Below, piece after piece: positions 24,757-24,923 of a stretch of DNA of 24,923 nt. Source of the DNA: a virus (Duplodnaviria > Caudoviricetes); the IMG/VR virus record IMGVR_UViG_3300032421_000021, positions 1-24,923 of that record; one strand, written 5' to 3'. Within the stretch, counting starts at the first letter, position 1, and the number at the start of each line of letters is the position of its first letter. The notes below the pieces were generated by a model, which saw nothing but the letters and a program-made list of their open reading frames with translations, did no database searches and was not told where the DNA came from. Both the position numbers and the translations under genes were made by a program.

Positions 24757-24923
24757 ATGAATTTACTAAAGAAGAACTTATTTTTATGAGAGATTCTTTT
24801 TTACAAAGAATCAGTAGCAGTAGTCTTTTTAAGTATGAAGATTACGAAAACTTACACTCAAAAATACAATCAATGATTGATAACTATTGTGATCATGATG
24901 GCGAAATTGGCATAGATTATCCT
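24753..24923 (+). CDS. Hypothetical protein MNEFTKEEL..KIQSMIDNYCDH, 3'-truncated by the window edge
   Basis: Translated by hand; clear paralog of 21670-21870. Confidence 0.65.
   Translation, partial: MNEFTKEELIFMRDSFLQRISSSSLFKYEDYENLHSKIQSMIDNYCDHDGEIGIDYP

Noticed and set aside
1-24923. Specific host assignment
   Set aside because: Sigma70 promoters, a DnaA box and P22-like genes suggest a proteobacterial host, but nothing in the sequence fixes the genus

Overview
The whole window is a segment of a tailed dsDNA phage genome, apparently podovirus-like with a P22-type gene order; no host housekeeping genes are recognisable. Bases 1-11.4 kb (+) hold the late module: head-tail adaptor, gp10-like tail hub, three ejection-type proteins, a tail fibre, a cluster of paralogous Gly/Thr/Ser-rich virion proteins and a VRR-NUC nuclease. 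A hidden reverse-strand moron with a perfect sigma70 promoter sits inside this module. Bases 11.4-13.9 kb (-) hold early genes (Sak4-like AAA ATPase, DUF669/SSB-like). Bases 13.9-17.0 kb hold two Cro-like genes, a plasmid-type HTH/coiled-coil gene and a replication initiator with an internal iteron/DnaA-box origin and a probable antisense promoter. Bases 17.0-24.9 kb hold a terminase small subunit, about 30 small accessory ORFs and a serine resolvase. The main observation is two diverged copies (22526-22643 and 23923-24135) of a tRNA-shaped RNA. Their stems are supported by compensatory changes, the anticodon loop is replaced by a 42-nt or 132-nt insert, and each copy is followed by the same 12-mer and a paralogous coiled-coil plus transmembrane gene. 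Protein family assignments are by eye, from motifs and synteny; no database searches were run.
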